NCBI RefSeq assembly: GCF_009914755.1
Contig: NC_060937.1
Source of the DNA: the human T2T-CHM13v2.0 reference genome, Homo sapiens
DNA length: 64,000 bases
Strand: one strand, 5' to 3'
The translations under genes were made by a program, and so were the position numbers. Shown piece after piece: positions 58,674 through 64,000 of the stretch; position 1 is the stretch's first letter, and each line of letters starts with the position of its first letter. Under the pieces are notes generated by a model. The model ran no database searches. It was given only the letters and a program-made list of their open reading frames with translations, and was not told the DNA's origin.

Positions 58674-59186
58674 TGTCAAAGAAAAATTGCAGTAGATAGG
58701 GTTAAACAGGCAAAGAAGACTTTATTCAAGACTGCAATCAGAGAGAGAGAGATGGAACTCAACTCAGCTGAAACAAAATGCAGGCAAGTTTTTAAGCACT
58801 AGCCTGAGCTAGTGACAACATAGCACAGCATTATTTGTGTGGAGGTTGGTCTATGCGATTAGGCCATCTGTATTTGCTGATTGGTGCTAATGGAAATTAG
58901 GGTGCTACTCTCCCATAGAGCCTGGGAGATAGGGGTGCTGTCTTCCTTAATGATTGCATTTCAAAGGAATGGCTCCCAGATTTTTGAGAAAGAAGTTACT
59001 CTGTTGTAAAACCAGCAAGAGTTTGGGAGAAGATTTATTTCTCAGGCAGACGGAGAAAGAAAATACAGTTACAAACTTTTTAAAGTAAATGTAGGAGCAG
59101 GCAGTTGGGGGCCTGCAGTCAGGGGGAAAAAAAAAACTGTCTAAAGTTTACTCAAGCTGAGAGGAAATGTTTAGGCTGTTTGGTCA
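58674..59186 (-). mobile_element. MER67-like ERV1 solo LTR
   Basis: Reverse complement starts tgaccaaacagcctaaacatttcctctcagcttgagtaaactttagacag; TG..CA ends. Confidence 0.75.
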
Positions 59187-59334
59187 CCCCAGCGAGCCAT
59201 CCTTTCTGATTATCTCCAGGGATGTGCTAAGTCCTGGTGGGTGAAAAGAGCACGGTGCTCAGATCAACAGTCCGGCCCCAGCATTGGCTAAAGCATCAGA
59301 AACTTTCTAACACAGAACTCATCATTGGGCCTGG

Positions 59335-59518
59335 AGATTCTGAGCCCTTTGCTACACATTAAAATCCTCTGGGGAAGGTTTAAATATTGTCACATTGTCA
59401 CTGCCTGGGCCCCAGCTCTTGAGAGTATGACTGTAGTTGATCTGGGTTGGCTCAGATACCAGATTGTTTTAAAGCTCTCCAAGCAATTACAGCTTGTAGT
59501 CAGGGTTGAAAACCAAAG
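59335..59518. mobile_element. MER5A-like MITE
   Basis: gctacacattaaaatcctctgggg...gtagtcagggttgaaaacca. Confidence 0.65.
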
Positions 59519-59870
59519 GAGATGAAACCTCTCATTTAACCTGTGAGAGAGCACTGGGACCAGACAGGAGGGGCTGTTTGCCCACAGCCTTGTCATTCGT
59601 TACAGACATACACAGGACCAGTGCTCAGATCTCTACTTCTAGATCAGTGCTTGCCACTTACATTTTCTTTGCATTTACTACATATAGATTTGCAGTGAAT
59701 ACCAAAGTTTATTACATTTAATTTTCCTTTAATTTATGTCAGATTAATAGTTTCAGAATAAAACCTTGGAGCACCTTTTAGTGGTAGGGGGTGTGAGAGG
59801 CAGGTTATAAGGTATCTGTGAGTAAGGTGCTTGCTTTCTGTGCCTCAGTTTCTCATTTTAAAACTGAGAC

Positions 59871-60267
59871 TATATGTATATATACAGTGTGTGTGTATAT
59901 ATATACACTGTATATATATACACACACCCTGTCTATATATACACACACTGTATATATATACACACTGTCTATATATACACACACTGTCTATATATACACA
60001 CACTGTCTATAATACACACTGTCTATATATACACACACTGTCTATATATACACACTGTCTATATATACACACACTGTCTATATATACACACTGTCTATAT
60101 ATACACACACTGTCTATATATACACACTGTCTATATATACACACACTGTCTATATATACACACACTGTATATATATACACACTCTATATATACACACACT
60201 GTATATATATACACACTGTCTATATATATATATACAGTGCGTATATATATATATATATATAAAATAT
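59871..60267. repeat. AT-rich minisatellite, about 18 units of ACTGTCTATATATACAC(AC)
   Basis: Unit starts at 59964, 59983, 60002, 60018, 60037, 60054, 60073, 60090, 60109, 60126, 60145, 60164. Confidence 0.97.
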
Positions 60268-60274
60268 AAAAGAC

Positions 60275-60371
60275 TGCCTTCTAGCATACAGTTTTGCTAA
60301 TGAGAAGTCTGATGCTATTTTGATTACAAAATTTTTGTTGTTACAATTCTTCTATTGTTGAAAGTAATTTC
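60275..60371 (+). repeat. 97-bp direct repeat, copy 1 (copy 2 at 61798-61893)
   Basis: Aligned by eye: about 6 substitutions and 1 indel. Confidence 0.95.
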
Positions 60372-60709
60372 ATATATATATATATATAAAATATCACTAT
60401 TTGATTTACAATTTGATGTACAATTTTCAGAGCAGAAATCTTGTTTGTTACTCAGCTCCCGGTCATGCTTCTGTCCCTGGGGTAGCAGAAAGGGCCTGAA
60501 AACAGTTTCAGCAGGTCTCCACCTGAACGGTCTAGTTGTTGTTTCTAGAGACAATATTGAGCAGTGGGGAAGGGACAAAAGCAAGGATGTCTTCCTTCCT
60601 CAGGGATTTGTAGATATTCCTTGGAGAGAAGAGGATGCCTGGCTTTGTATGCAGTCTATTCTGGATAGTAATCTTTTTCTTTTTGGAGACATTGCTTCCC
60701 AGTTGTCTT

Positions 60710-61900
<1,191 letters not shown>

Positions 61901-62243
61901 TATTTTTGATCACTCCTTCTGCATAAATGGGTACAAATGAGGGGTGATCTAATGTCCTAATGTATTCTCTAAATGCATTTCCTGAAATAAATTGTGATGA
62001 TTGATCCAGATGCCTTTCTTCTCACCTTATTGCTTTTCTTCAGACTTATCACATAATTCTTTAAAGCTGGACATACAAATGACAGTTTGAGGGTCTTTTC
62101 CAGGTCTATAATTCATATACTGGCAACTGTGCACTAATGATTTGCCACAAAGAAGATAGATTGATCTCACAGTTCCTGGCGTATCATGGATGAATAGCAC
62201 ATATTTTTTTAATGGAAGATTGAATGAGGTTGATAATCTCTTT

Positions 62244-62378
62244 TAAATTAATTAATTAATCAATGAATCATTTTTAAGAGACAGGGTCTCACTCTGTTGC
62301 CCAGGCTGGAGTGTAGTGATGTGATCATAGCTCACTGCAGCCTGGGCTCAAGCAGTTCTCCTGCTTCAGCCTCCCAAG
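62244..62378 (-). mobile_element. 5'-truncated AluJ right arm
   Basis: gagacagggtctcactctgttgcccagg...atcatagctcactgcagcc; TSD gataat(c/a)tcttt at 62232-62243 and 62379-62390. Confidence 0.88.
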
Positions 62379-63579
62379 GATAATATCTTTATAATTCAAC
62401 AGGAGAAGGAATACTTTTGCCTCTCAGCTTATTTCTAAAATTCCCATTACTTTACATACAATTTTATTTTACATATAGTCATAGACATATGTGAAGGAAG
62501 GAACTTTAGTAATTATCTATAACACTGTAGGCAATCTGGGACTCATTTCACTGTACTTTTCACTGTTAGGGAAACACACCCACAGAGCTTCAGTGAAACT
62601 ATCTAATGGCACTAGTCCTTGTACCCAGGCATTGTGATTTTCAGTTCTGAGATTCATTCTACTCACTGCTTAAGAATATTACATGCCTAGCTTTTCTGGA
62701 TGCATGGGTTGGGACATTCACATAGGAAAAGAGGGATTCTCCCATTTCCTCTTTGCACTCTTATATTTAGCCTCATAATATTTAACTCATAATTGCCTGG
62801 AGATTGGACCATAAATTCAGGTCATTCACCTTAGTTCTGTTAACCCCCAACACAGCCTTAAAATATATTGTAGCTAATATTTATTATAAAATATTTTGAA
62901 AATCATTTTCATTGAAATATATTATTTTGTTATTTTCATAAAGTTATGAGAAATGTAGACTCTGAGATCAAGGTGACCTCATATTTCACATAGGCAGGTA
63001 TCCTGATCAGTGATATTATCCACAGACCTTCCAAAAATATGTCACCAGCAATTTTCTCAGTTTCTTAGATAGATTAGTTTAAAGGACTTATTTAGGACAC
63101 TAACTCTTTGCTCTTTCTAGTTTCTAAAATGCTACGAAGGAAAGAGAAGAAAACTAACATATACTGAGCACTTACCATGTGCCAGACATTATGCTAGTGC
63201 TCTTGTATATATACTTTTGCCCTATTTTACAAAAAATACTGTTTTCATTTCATTTTAATGCAAACAGATTGTAAAGCATGTGAGCCCCCACATGAAGTCT
63301 GTTGCTCTTAGAATATTTCCAACTAGATTCTTCTATTCTCTATTCCCCGCATCTCTCACTGCCCTTGGTGTGTGTACCTAAGCAGTGTTTATTAAAGTGT
63401 GTATTTTTAAAAAGGGAATAAATTTGGCATGTATCACTATAGGCTTATGCATAATTAATTCTGAATAAGCTGAAAATGGAGCTTAAAATGGATGAAACTT
63501 TTAACATTTGGAGTATTAGCTAAAATGGGTATTTAAAAAATTATGGCTTTTCATGAAGCCATACAAGCTTCAGAGTATA

Positions 63580-63770
63580 GAGTCATAGAAAGAAATGGAC
63601 TTAGGAATCAGACAGGGTTTTTATTTCCAGCTATCCTCGTAGGTGTGGGACTTGAGTTAACCTTTATAGCATTGGTTTTCTCATTTTGAAAAGGAAAATA
63701 ATATGTCATAGAGTTTTTATGAGAATTAAAGAAAATAAGGTATGTAAATATATAATACACATGATTTGTC
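63580..63770 (+). mobile_element. MIR
   Basis: ggacttaggaatcagacaggg...ggttttctcattttgaaaaggaaaataata. Confidence 0.6.
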
Positions 63771-64000
63771 CTATTTTGACACTTTGAAAATGATCATTAT
63801 TAAATGTTCTGCGGCACATCTTGAATTTTTGTATTTGAGGCTATTGTCTTGAGATCAAAATATTAAAATTTTTGCTTGGGTAGTAGTTCTGCTCTAAAGT
63901 TAAATTATATGTTTCCTCTTTTACTGATTTAGAGCAGCTTTTAACATTTCCTAGAGGCATGTTCCAGAGCTTGGCATTATAGTTAGATTTTTTTTTCTCT

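Noticed and set aside
59818-60269. Repetitive His/Thr/Tyr/Ile ORFs and a CRISPR-like periodic look
   Set aside because: Translations of the minisatellite; head-to-tail units with no unique spacers, in eukaryotic DNA

Overview
AT-rich, CpG-depleted primate (human-like) genomic DNA with no CpG island. Most of it is interspersed repeat: about a dozen Alu copies or fragments; L1 copies from young L1PA3/4 to old L1M, including one nearly full-length old L1 at about 4.7-13.4 kb carrying several nested insertions; MaLR, ERV1 and ERVL LTRs; L2, MIR and CR1 fossils; Tigger and MER5 DNA transposons; and micro/minisatellites. Nearly all ORFs in the supplied track are Alu-, L1- or LTR-derived or chance ORFs. 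The first 4.7 kb appears to hold the 3' end of a + strand host gene that I cannot name. Evidence: a terminal exon reading [17 protein letters not shown] (KDEL-like end), and a possible alternative 3' end made of a 13-nt microexon plus a short last exon (ERLEGNRSYLV* or EIAVI*). The 3'UTR of that last exon may have been split from its AATAAA by the 8.7-kb L1 complex. Other notable structures: a 97-bp locally templated insertion beside a higher-order minisatellite, a duplication-plus-inversion repair scar, a relic LTR-int-LTR MaLR provirus, and an unexplained 270-bp insert in an old L1. Repeat subfamily names come from my recall of consensus sequences and need RepeatMasker/Dfam confirmation. Boundaries without target-site duplications (TSDs) are approximate.
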